The notes under the pieces are model-generated. The model was not told the DNA's origin and ran no database searches. It worked only from the letters and a program-made list of their open reading frames with translations. The position numbers and the translations under genes were made by a program. Positions 31,100 through 40,662 of a stretch of DNA of 64,000 nt are shown one piece after another (position 1 is the first letter of the stretch; the number at the start of each line of letters is the position of its first letter). Source of the DNA: an uncultured virus (IMG/VR IMGVR_UViG_3300023109_000019) (taxonomy: Duplodnaviria > Heunggongvirae > Uroviricota > Caudoviricetes); IMG/VR virus record IMGVR_UViG_3300023109_000019; one strand, 5' to 3'.

Positions 31100-31285
31100 T
31101 TATTTTTCTTCCAATTTTTCAAGTCGTTGAAGGATATCAAGTATGCTCTTTTTGATATCTAACAAGTCTGTTTGTATTCTATCGACCTTACGATAAAAAC
31201 TCCGTTCTACCTTATATTTATTGAGAGCCGCAGCATCCGTATTAAGTATTGCACCTGAAGTTTTGTCTCTGTTTATGGTAGCCAT
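31100..31285 (-). CDS. Small coiled-coil protein (61 aa)
   Basis: RDKTSGAILNTD motif plus heptads; usual small ORF after VrlC-like genes in marine T4-like phages. Confidence 0.65.
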   Translation of the reverse strand: MATINRDKTSGAILNTDAAALNKYKVERSFYRKVDRIQTDLLDIKKSILDILQRLEKLEEK

Positions 31286-31296
31286 GATTTTTGATC

Positions 31297-34200
31297 CTAA
31301 GTTAGGGCAATGCCGCGATAGTCTTTCAACGTCGGCGCGTTATGAATGTTTGGTGACAGTAAGTCAATTCGTATTTGGAATCTCTTAAATCCTTCAAACG
31401 CTCCGCCTTGGCTTGTATATGCAAATGCCGAACCAGGATTTCCACCTGTCTTATCACTATTGGCAATCTTATATTTAAACTCTCGATAATCATCAAGATT
31501 AACAGCAGTAGAGAATGAACCCAAACCTTCGAATAATTCTAATTCAGTCCATGCTAAATTATCGAATTCGTCAAAGTCGTATCCATTTTGCGCTTTAATA
31601 TAAACTTTAATATTAGTATCAGCAGGACGATAAGCAGAAAGTGTTAATTCAAAATCTTCTGCATCAAGATCTTCTGCCAATTCAATTCTCTTACTGATAT
31701 ACTTACAAGTAGTATCTGCAACGTTAGTAATCTTATATTGATATGCAATAAGTTTAGAAGATTCAATATCAACAAACGGAGTAGAGGTAACATTACTGTC
31801 ATTCTCAAGAGTAACATTTAACTTAAATGATTTTGCTCCATTTGGATCATTGGATTTACTATAAAGAACAACACCTTTTTCTGTAAAGTGGTTATTGTCA
31901 TTAAATTGCATTGGCTTCAAGTAAGTAGCATTTAAATCAGCCGGTGGAACAAACGTACCTGATAATCTTGTTCTTGACGATGAATCATTTGCTTTCATAA
32001 TCATCGGTTGAATATAACTTAAATTGATATTATTAATAGAAGCAACATTAGAAGTACTTGTACTATCCAATCCTTTAATCAATGTACCTACCGCAAATGT
32101 TTTTACACTTGTTGCTGAAGAGTTAACCAGATGACATTCATATGGATCTCTACTTACATCATACATATCCAATTCACCAACAACGACAGGACTGTGTGTA
32201 AGTGAACTAGTGAAACCTGCTGGTGATTCCAATACCATTTCACTTGCATTTGTTACCGCGGCAATCTTATGTATTTCAATAGCATTACCTGATAGTGTTG
32301 AGGTAAGTTTTATAAAATCACCAACCGCATAATTATCTGTTAGGCCTGTTCCGCCTGTAATAAGTTTAGCGGAAACTGCAGCAATATTCTGAGCAGGATC
32401 AGTTAAAGTAATTTCCTGATAAATTAATTCACCTGGAGTAAACTTGCCTGTAACATTATTGAGAGTTAAGAACTCATGATTGTTATTTGTTAACCTAACA
32501 GTACCAGTTGAAGAATTAAAGTTATGTCTTCTTAAAGTAAATTTAATATCTTCGTCTTGATATGATTTCCAAGCAGAGTTATTTGTTGAAGTAAATAGAA
32601 CACCGTCACCCCAATCCTGAGTAATAGCAGAACCTTTTGTTGCCCCTGGTGTTAAATCAATTCCACCAACCTTAGAAGTAAATACAAGGTAATTAGGATC
32701 TGATGCATCAGGCTGAATGACAACTGAATATTCTTTTTCTGTGTCTAATCGTACTGGTGCTTCAAAGGTAAATGTTGTTGCCAAAGATGCATCATCAGAT
32801 ACATTTACATTAGCAGGCAACTTATGAACCGCAGAGAAAGGCAATATTTGATTCGTTGGATAACCGTTTACAACTTCTCTTATTTGAACTGTAACACCAT
32901 TCAGAGCAGCCGTTGCACTAGCACCACCGCCACTGTTTACTGGTTTACGTTTAAAGAATACATCAATATCAGATAAGTAAACTGAATTAGAACCTGCACC
33001 CATACCTTTCTTAATAAAGAATGTTTGTGCAAGTGGATCTCTACCTCGAATACGTCGAGCAACGTTTCTTGTTGTTACTGTAGTATTTACATCGAAGTTT
33101 GGAGATCTTGTTGAAGTTGTTAAACTTGTTTTCTCAACACTGAAGTTATATGCTCGATAAGTAACGAATCCTTTTGAAGTTGAAGCAGAATCAATACTTG
33201 CATATTGACTTACGTCAACGATTTCTAATACTCTATCACCTACATAGAATGTTTCAGCAGGTAAGTGGAATACAGCTCTTAATACACCGTTTGCATCTGT
33301 TTCTACAGAAGCGCCTTTCACTCCCATTCTTGCTACTTCACCAACCGAGTTAGCCGTATTAGAACCATTTAATATATGTGCGTTTACATCAACACCATCA
33401 AAGAAGAAGTAATGTCTTTGATTAGGTCTTAATCCTGACATATAAATTTTAATATCTCTCGATGCCATATAAGGTTGGAATCTAAAGTCAGAAACAAATT
33501 CACCAACAAAGTTTTCTGTAACATTTGAATCATCAATTACAATTTCACTTGTTCTTGTTGTAGTTGTCATTGTTTCAACGCCTGCACCACGTCTTCCTCT
33601 TCGGCCTCCGTCACGGACAAAGTTTCGAGCAGTTGATACATCCGTCATTGGTAAGAACGATTGAATACTATCAACAAATTCTTGGAAAGGAGTTGTTAAA
33701 TCAATATCAATAGAAGCAGGATTAACTGTTGTATCATAAGCAGCATCGTAAGGTGGAGATATAACTCCATCACCCACATACTTATAAAAGTTACTTACAC
33801 AGTTTCTAAAGTTTGAAGCATAAGGCTGATTAATAATATCAACATTACTATTTCTTCCAATTGTTGCTACTTTAGCATCAGCGGTAGATGGGAATACTGA
33901 AGAACCTGTTGCTGAATCATATTTAAGATCTAACGCAAACGTTTTCAACGAAGGAGTTAATATCTTTTTATTAAATGGTACAGCAGCATTAAATTGTGGA
34001 TGTTGTACTTCTGATAACTCCAGGTTGTTAAAAGGATCTACAACAAAGCCATTCTTAAATCTATTTAAACCGTTCTCATCACGAATAACCATATTCGATG
34101 TTTCTGATTCTAATTGATTTAATGAAATATAATATGCCATGTTATCAATTTTCTTTTCTAATTGATGCATATCTTTCATTGTGTAATTCTTAATACCAGT

Positions 34201-36747
34201 TGCTCTTGGCTTAATAGAATACGCAGACTTATTTAAAATATCAGATTGTTTCTTGGACAATGCAGGGAACGTTGGAATCTCAACGTTTGCGATTGCTAAT
34301 TGATCTGTTTCAAGTTTAGGTGGAATTGCGTTCTTTTGCTCTTCACCTTTTATTAAAATAATATCACCATAAGAATCACAAGCAATTGTATCAATTCTTG
34401 ATAGGTAATGTTCAAGATCTGTTTGTAATGATTGCTGTGCAGCAGGTATTAACGGATTAGGAGCAGTCGCAAATGTTATTGGTTGCGTTCCTACTGTCGT
34501 TGTAATCGTTGGAGCCTGTGCAGGTATCGTTGCTGTATAGTTTGCATTTGAGATCTTATCTACATGAGGTCTGAAATCGAAACAATCTCTTAAGTTATAA
34601 ACTTGACCTGACTCAGATGTATAAGAAGGAATCTCATATCTTTCTAACGTATTCGGATAACTGTTAATTGTAAAGAAATAGTTTCCTGTTGAAGCCGATA
34701 ATTTAAATGCCTTCATTGTTGTAACAAGAATGCCATTAGCAGGCTTAGGTCGACCTTCAATATATTCTATATAAGATATATCATACATCGTATCTTTTTG
34801 ATTTGTTTTTAATCGGAAACTGTTTGTCCAATCTTCATTAATTCCACCAGGGCCCGTTCCTTCAGTAATAATAGAAACGATTCCAAATACATCAGGGAAA
34901 CCTAAACTGTATTTGCTTACTGATGTTGTATAATTTGATTTAATACATGGCAGTGTAACTGTTTTATTAAAAGGATCAATTCCACCTGAGGAACCTACAA
35001 GCCTTTTATTAAAGAATATTTCTACTGATCCATTTAAAGCTGAATCACAAACAATATTAAGTTGTGAATTATTTAATTGAACAGTTTTACTAATCACTGG
35101 GTGTTGAACACCAGCCTGATTAACTAAGATCTCTGAAATATCGTTTATGCAATTAAAATCTTCACCAGGATTTGCTGTAATAGTAATAGTACCAGATGTA
35201 GCAGTTCCTGTTACTTGCGTTCTTACAGGAATGTATGTATTTGTAGTTGCGAATAAACCATCAACACCTGTATCAAAGATTAAAGCCTTTCGGTTTGTTT
35301 CTTTAATAATAGGAGCGCCAAATCCAGTTACCTTAAGAGGTAAGTCACCGCTACTATTACTTGCATCGTTTAATTTAGTAACACTTGAAAGTGGTTGAGC
35401 ACCAGTGAAAGCAGCGTGATGAATATAAACTCTCGATGGTGTTATATTATGTACTGCTACAGAACCTGCAGATTGACTTGATGCTGTTTGAATATCTGAT
35501 TTAACTTGAAGATTAAGATCAATATAACCACGACTTGCAGATGACTGATCTATTTCAAAATAGTTTCCGTATTCCATTCCAACGTTTTGCGCTTCAATTG
35601 TTTCGGTTGATGCTATTTGATCTATTTGGAATGAACGCTCACCAGAATTTTCTATTCTATAACCTTTTACATAGGCAGTACCATTACCTACGACAAGTTG
35701 TACTTCACCAGCACGGTCATCTGTACTTAATGGGAAGTTCTCTAAGATATAGTTACCAGACTCTTCGTAAGTACGTCGAGCCATTTCCTCGCCTAATACA
35801 TTATATTGCGATACATCACGAATAGTAATTGGATTACCATTTTGATAACGAATCAATGTAAAGAAGTCTGGGTTTGCCGTTCCTTCTGATGTTGTTAATA
35901 CTGTTAACGTAGGAACAAGATTTAATCTGTCTGCACCAGGTGCGTTTTCGTTTTTAGCACCGTTTGCGTTATCGTATAAGCTTGCATCTTGTATTGCACT
36001 TGTGAATTTTTCTTCAACTAAATAACCTACTGATTTGTCATCAGGAGTGTTACTATATTTTTCAACAACTAATCTTTGCTCTGCTGTAAATATAAAGTGG
36101 CCTTTCTGAAATATAATACCAGGAGCAGCTTCGATACCGAATGCTTTACCGACTGCAGGAGTTGCACCACCGCCATAAACTTCAAGACCTTGACTTATAA
36201 CAGTATTGGTCGTTAATGCTTCGGTAGTTGTTCCACGTAAGAACTTATATCTTGTTAATACTAATGCTTCACCAGCCTGGAATTGAGTCTGACCTAGAAC
36301 ACCAATATTTAAATAGTTAATAAAGAATGTATTTAGATTTGGTGGTCTTGTTTGAAAGCCTTTTGATGCTTGAACAATTTCTGCTTTAAGACCTGTTGCT
36401 TGACCACGGATTTCGTAAACATAATCGACTTCAACTTCTTGACCTAATATTGTTTCAACTGCAGGTCCACTAATATATGCTTCTGCGTTAAAGCTGGCTG
36501 AAACGTCATTTAGTTTTACAAATTGAAGATCATCAAGTTCTGTAAAGTTACAACCCTTTACAACCGATCCTTCTTTAAATACGTTATCACCAAACGACTC
36601 GACCTGATTCTGAAGCATTGTCTGGAGTTGTGTAAGTTCCCTTGCCTGTATTGCATAGCCAGGCTTGAACATAACTCGATAGAACTGCTTCTCGGCATCA
36701 TAGTCATCGAAGTATGGTGCTTGGTTTAAATTTTTATTAATAGGCAT
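31297..36747 (-). CDS. VrlC/DUF4815-like large baseplate/virion structural protein (1816 aa)
   Basis: NLNQAPYFDDY...F.PGYAIQARELTQLQ, APGADR, RRTYEESGNY, NRFKNGFVVDPF and DPLAQTF motifs. Confidence 0.8.
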   Translation of the reverse strand: MPINKNLNQAPYFDDYDAEKQFYRVMFKPGYAIQARELTQLQTMLQNQVESFGDNVFKEGSVVKGCNFTELDDLQFVKLNDVSASFNAEAYISGPAVETILGQEVEVDYVYEIRGQATGLKAEIVQASKGFQTRPPNLNTFFINYLNIGVLGQTQFQAGEALVLTRYKFLRGTTTEALTTNTVISQGLEVYGGGATPAVGKAFGIEAAPGIIFQKGHFIFTAEQRLVVEKYSNTPDDKSVGYLVEEKFTSAIQDASLYDNANGAKNENAPGADRLNLVPTLTVLTTSEGTANPDFFTLIRYQNGNPITIRDVSQYNVLGEEMARRTYEESGNYILENFPLSTDDRAGEVQLVVGNGTAYVKGYRIENSGERSFQIDQIASTETIEAQNVGMEYGNYFEIDQSSASRGYIDLNLQVKSDIQTASSQSAGSVAVHNITPSRVYIHHAAFTGAQPLSSVTKLNDASNSSGDLPLKVTGFGAPIIKETNRKALIFDTGVDGLFATTNTYIPVRTQVTGTATSGTITITANPGEDFNCINDISEILVNQAGVQHPVISKTVQLNNSQLNIVCDSALNGSVEIFFNKRLVGSSGGIDPFNKTVTLPCIKSNYTTSVSKYSLGFPDVFGIVSIITEGTGPGGINEDWTNSFRLKTNQKDTMYDISYIEYIEGRPKPANGILVTTMKAFKLSASTGNYFFTINSYPNTLERYEIPSYTSESGQVYNLRDCFDFRPHVDKISNANYTATIPAQAPTITTTVGTQPITFATAPNPLIPAAQQSLQTDLEHYLSRIDTIACDSYGDIILIKGEEQKNAIPPKLETDQLAIANVEIPTFPALSKKQSDILNKSAYSIKPRATGIKNYTMKDMHQLEKKIDNMAYYISLNQLESETSNMVIRDENGLNRFKNGFVVDPFNNLELSEVQHPQFNAAVPFNKKILTPSLKTFALDLKYDSATGSSVFPSTADAKVATIGRNSNVDIINQPYASNFRNCVSNFYKYVGDGVISPPYDAAYDTTVNPASIDIDLTTPFQEFVDSIQSFLPMTDVSTARNFVRDGGRRGRRGAGVETMTTTTRTSEIVIDDSNVTENFVGEFVSDFRFQPYMASRDIKIYMSGLRPNQRHYFFFDGVDVNAHILNGSNTANSVGEVARMGVKGASVETDANGVLRAVFHLPAETFYVGDRVLEIVDVSQYASIDSASTSKGFVTYRAYNFSVEKTSLTTSTRSPNFDVNTTVTTRNVARRIRGRDPLAQTFFIKKGMGAGSNSVYLSDIDVFFKRKPVNSGGGASATAALNGVTVQIREVVNGYPTNQILPFSAVHKLPANVNVSDDASLATTFTFEAPVRLDTEKEYSVVIQPDASDPNYLVFTSKVGGIDLTPGATKGSAITQDWGDGVLFTSTNNSAWKSYQDEDIKFTLRRHNFNSSTGTVRLTNNNHEFLTLNNVTGKFTPGELIYQEITLTDPAQNIAAVSAKLITGGTGLTDNYAVGDFIKLTSTLSGNAIEIHKIAAVTNASEMVLESPAGFTSSLTHSPVVVGELDMYDVSRDPYECHLVNSSATSVKTFAVGTLIKGLDSTSTSNVASINNINLSYIQPMIMKANDSSSRTRLSGTFVPPADLNATYLKPMQFNDNNHFTEKGVVLYSKSNDPNGAKSFKLNVTLENDSNVTSTPFVDIESSKLIAYQYKITNVADTTCKYISKRIELAEDLDAEDFELTLSAYRPADTNIKVYIKAQNGYDFDEFDNLAWTELELFEGLGSFSTAVNLDDYREFKYKIANSDKTGGNPGSAFAYTSQGGAFEGFKRFQIRIDLLSPNIHNAPTLKDYRGIALT

Positions 36748-36762
36748 CTTTACTTACGTTCC

Positions 36763-38727
36763 TTAAAATTCCAGTACAAATTTAAATTCTTCTCTTGAGA
36801 GGTCAGTTCTTGACAATGGGAAGAAATCTTCCATGAAATAAACCTCGCCCGTTCTTTGAATATAATCTGAATAAACTACATTATCTTCTATAGGATTATT
36901 TATTGTTATTCTCTGACCAGTATTTGAGGTTATTGCTAGTTCTGGGTTAAATGATGTATCCCCGTTACCAACTAACTCATTATTTCTATATGGTCCCATA
37001 TATTCTGCTAAAAATATTGTATTTGATGTAGAATCAATCTCATGTACTTGCGCTGTAAATATAACATCGTTATTTACATCAACTTGCGAGATTACACTAT
37101 TGGCAGTTAATTTTGCATAGTCATCTGTTGTAATTGCGATTCTATTATCAAAAATGTTAGGATCAGCGGCCGTGTTTGCTTGACCACTTCTCCATGTTCC
37201 TGATGTTACTGTTCTAAAGGTAGGACTCTTTACGATACCAATACATCCATAAGTATTTGTAAATCCAATCCTTGTGTTATCTTCTGCAGTAATATAACCG
37301 TACATTGATAAATGTTTACATCTTAATTCATCAATTAAATTATAACCGTGACCACCTTTAGGTTCAATCACTGGTCGTATTGTTGCTCTTACATCAGTTG
37401 AAGTATCGTTCTCTGGTATAAAGTCAACTGCAGGATCTATTACATTAGCAATTGCTGTATTATATCCTGAGCCTTTATTCAATAGGATAACTTTATTTAT
37501 CGTGCCGTTGTCAAGTTCAGGAATTGCTACTGCTCCAACACCGTCACCTAATACTTCTACTCTTGGGAATACTTTACAGTTTGCATTAGCCTTTGCACCA
37601 CATACAAAGAAATCAGTTACAGCTTCCCATGTACCGCCTGAGGTATAAGCCGTAAACGCTCCACCGTTAAGAGGAGTTGATAAGTTTGGAGTTGATCTTA
37701 ATGCGAACGTATCTGCAGTTAAAGAATCAACATAAAAAATAGGAGTACCGGTTGAACGATCAACATTTAATTCTGTCATACCGCCAACATTATTGAAAGT
37801 AATAGGTTGTCCGTCAACCAATCCATGATCAGTCGCTGTTATAACAACTGGGCTTGCTGCCGTTGCACCTTCTACAGAACCACGAGTTGGATTTGCTATT
37901 TCACCATTAACTCGTATTTCAACCTTACCTGTTGATGTGTTTGCTTTATAATATTCTATTTTAAATAGATTCGTAACACTTGAGCTTTGATTTGTTACAT
38001 ATAGGAATTGACCTACATAGTAATTATCAATGTTACTCCAATCTTGTTCTCTAGGATCTATCTGTAATCCAACAAGACCGTGAACATTATAACCACCTGT
38101 TCTTCCGTAAGCAATTTCAATTACACCATTCTTTTCAATGTATCCTTGGTTTGAATCTGCATTCGTAACTTGTATCTCTGAAATACCACCACCGTAAACC
38201 GCGGCTGGTTCAATAGTTGCAGCAGGATCAATTGGAATATAACCTAAAGCATTATAGGCCTCGAATTGTAATGTAGTGAGACGATACATATACTTCCAAA
38301 CATAGCCGTCTGCAGTTTCGTAAATTTGATTTAAATTAGCAGAGTCAAATGTAGGTGGAGAACTGGCATCAGCACGTTCATTATTGTTTAAACATTTATA
38401 GATTCTATAATCACCAGTATCATTATCATTAGGACCGACAACTGCGTAAAACTTGATTGAGTCTAAATCAGTTATATCGTCGTATTCTTCATAAACCACA
38501 CCTCTTTGCCAAGGGTAGTATTTTACCATGAAGTTGATATCTTTTTCAGCAATTCTTTTCGCAAATAAAGTCTTTTCTAAAAACTCATTTTGTGAAGAGG
38601 CTGAATCTGCTGGAGTTATACCACCAATACTGGACACAAACATGTAATAGTCATCATTCGCTTTTGCATCAGCTATGAATAACTTGTTTATATCTTGATT
38701 AAAATTGTTACTTAAGATTTCTGGCAT
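36763..38727 (-). CDS. gp8: Baseplate wedge subunit gp8-like
   Basis: YRIYKCLNN, DGYVWKYMY, P.GGHG and C-terminal R....EEFKFVLEF motifs; position in the baseplate cluster. Confidence 0.8.
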   Translation of the reverse strand: MPEILSNNFNQDINKLFIADAKANDDYYMFVSSIGGITPADSASSQNEFLEKTLFAKRIAEKDINFMVKYYPWQRGVVYEEYDDITDLDSIKFYAVVGPNDNDTGDYRIYKCLNNNERADASSPPTFDSANLNQIYETADGYVWKYMYRLTTLQFEAYNALGYIPIDPAATIEPAAVYGGGISEIQVTNADSNQGYIEKNGVIEIAYGRTGGYNVHGLVGLQIDPREQDWSNIDNYYVGQFLYVTNQSSSVTNLFKIEYYKANTSTGKVEIRVNGEIANPTRGSVEGATAASPVVITATDHGLVDGQPITFNNVGGMTELNVDRSTGTPIFYVDSLTADTFALRSTPNLSTPLNGGAFTAYTSGGTWEAVTDFFVCGAKANANCKVFPRVEVLGDGVGAVAIPELDNGTINKVILLNKGSGYNTAIANVIDPAVDFIPENDTSTDVRATIRPVIEPKGGHGYNLIDELRCKHLSMYGYITAEDNTRIGFTNTYGCIGIVKSPTFRTVTSGTWRSGQANTAADPNIFDNRIAITTDDYAKLTANSVISQVDVNNDVIFTAQVHEIDSTSNTIFLAEYMGPYRNNELVGNGDTSFNPELAITSNTGQRITINNPIEDNVVYSDYIQRTGEVYFMEDFFPLSRTDLSREEFKFVLEF

Positions 38728-38755
38728 TGTTTCAGTATCACTCTATATTTTAGTT

Positions 38756-38763
38756 TATTTATT
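38756..38763 (-). promoter_or_regulatory. Late promoter variant AATAAATA
   Basis: Intergenic, upstream of gp8. Confidence 0.5.
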
Positions 38764-38772
38764 ACGAACATC

Positions 38773-40659
38773 CTAGGAACTGAAAGAAACCTTTGGTCGA
38801 GGCCATGCTCTCCCAGAAATAGGTCTTCTACCTTCAGCCGTTTGCTCTGATCCGCCTGCGATGTATCTTCCGCTTCCCATTCTTATACCCCAAGGTATAT
38901 GTACTCTTAATGGAGGAGTTCCACATAGTTCAGTCAATTCCGCTCCACCATTTATATAATTATTATCTTTAAGTCTATTTACTTCGTTAGCGTTATATAA
39001 TTTCGCTGAACCATAATTGCCTGCTGTTACAGTATTAGAAAAGTCAAATAGATCTTCTCCAATTAAATTTGCTTTAGCATGTTTTTTCATTAACGCTTTT
39101 AATTCTGCTATGCTTGGATATACTCCTCTTTGAGTAAAATACCAATCTAAGAATACTGTTGCACAAGACGCGGCGACAGGAGCAGCACAACTTGTTCCAC
39201 TAAAGTATCCCCATTTGCCATCCGCATAAGTAGTTCCTGAACCACTGCTTGTCCAAGTATATGCACCATAAGCAGCAAAATCAATCATCGGTCCTCTTGT
39301 ACTGTAATCATCCATTAATCTGTTTACATCATCTTGTTGACAAGCAGCAATTGTAAACTGATTTGCACCACCTTCAATTTCAGTTCGTAAAGGATAAAAA
39401 GATAAAGCATTACTACTTGTAATAGAGGTAAGCTGAATTCTTCCTTCACTGTCTGTTGTATTTAAAATACCATTCGCTCCAACACCAACAATGATTTTAT
39501 TATTCCATCTTGCATCTTCAGGATCTACCGCGATGCCAGTATCATTACCTGCAGACTTGAAATGATAAATTCCATTATAGTTATTAAACTGTGACATGAT
39601 CGTATCATAGAAAGATTGTCTTGTTTCTTCATTAACTGAAATACACCAATAGTCCTGTCCATCTGTAGGATCTTGAACAACTCTTGGAATAAACATATTA
39701 TCAGTAAATGGTGTTAAGTCAGTACCCCAAGAATTTCCTACAGGTCTATTAATAACTGTGTTTATTCCAGTGTCAGGATTAAATACATCTAATGCTTGAA
39801 TATGATCACAACGATACATTCTTTGGTGGTTGCTATTATATCCCCATGCTCCTGTTACGACAGTTGCATTACGAACACCAGTCGCAGGATTTACAGGTTT
39901 TGAAATATGCCATTGAAGCGCGCCATAATATGCAGCGGTAACTCCATCTGATAAGTAAATAACTCTTAATGAAGAATTCTTACCCCAACTACAAAATTTA
40001 CCACCTGCTGCACTAAGTACACCAATTGCATGAGAAGAAAACTTGTCATTAGGATTTGTGATTTGATTGTTTCTATTATCGTTTAAACTTGAAGAAACAG
40101 ATGACCAATCCATAGGTATAAATCTTGGTGTGCTTGGATCATTTAATTCTGCAAAGTCTACATGATTAATATGATTGGCATAAGCAGAGTTAGGAGTACC
40201 TGCTTCTATCGCAACAATATCTACATAATCACCAGCAAAGTTTTGTTTCACTGTATCGGTAAAACGGTATTCAGGATCTTGGAACCATCCAAAAGGTGGA
40301 GTACCATTAGGAGCCGTAAACTCACTTGTGAAAAACATATTTAAACCAGTTGATGTTGCACCAACAGTTGACGGTGCACCACTTGGAATATATCTTGTGC
40401 GATATGTTACTGTACCACTTTCGTATTTTGGTGTTGTTGTAGGATAGGCCATATCAATTGGGGTTTTCTCTACTCTACATTCTTGAACTTTACCACTTGC
40501 TATAATTGTTTCTGCTTCTTCCTCAGTTAACTTCATAGTTATCAAACCATCAAATAGATCTGGGTTAATTTTTAACTCCATTCCACTTGCTTCGTTTTCC
40601 AGGAGGTCCAATTCAGGAACACCCGGTAGCATAACTATGTTGTAAAGTTGCTTTTCCAT
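38773..40659 (-). CDS. Subtilisin-family (S8) serine protease, probably virion-associated
   Basis: FSGTSCAAP (Ser), SSHAIGVLSAAGG (His), SAGND (oxyanion Asn), VDIVAIEAG at the Asp position; I9-like prodomain. Confidence 0.8.
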   Translation of the reverse strand: MEKQLYNIVMLPGVPELDLLENEASGMELKINPDLFDGLITMKLTEEEAETIIASGKVQECRVEKTPIDMAYPTTTPKYESGTVTYRTRYIPSGAPSTVGATSTGLNMFFTSEFTAPNGTPPFGWFQDPEYRFTDTVKQNFAGDYVDIVAIEAGTPNSAYANHINHVDFAELNDPSTPRFIPMDWSSVSSSLNDNRNNQITNPNDKFSSHAIGVLSAAGGKFCSWGKNSSLRVIYLSDGVTAAYYGALQWHISKPVNPATGVRNATVVTGAWGYNSNHQRMYRCDHIQALDVFNPDTGINTVINRPVGNSWGTDLTPFTDNMFIPRVVQDPTDGQDYWCISVNEETRQSFYDTIMSQFNNYNGIYHFKSAGNDTGIAVDPEDARWNNKIIVGVGANGILNTTDSEGRIQLTSITSSNALSFYPLRTEIEGGANQFTIAACQQDDVNRLMDDYSTRGPMIDFAAYGAYTWTSSGSGTTYADGKWGYFSGTSCAAPVAASCATVFLDWYFTQRGVYPSIAELKALMKKHAKANLIGEDLFDFSNTVTAGNYGSAKLYNANEVNRLKDNNYINGGAELTELCGTPPLRVHIPWGIRMGSGRYIAGGSEQTAEGRRPISGRAWPRPKVSFSS

Positions 40660-40662
40660 TTA

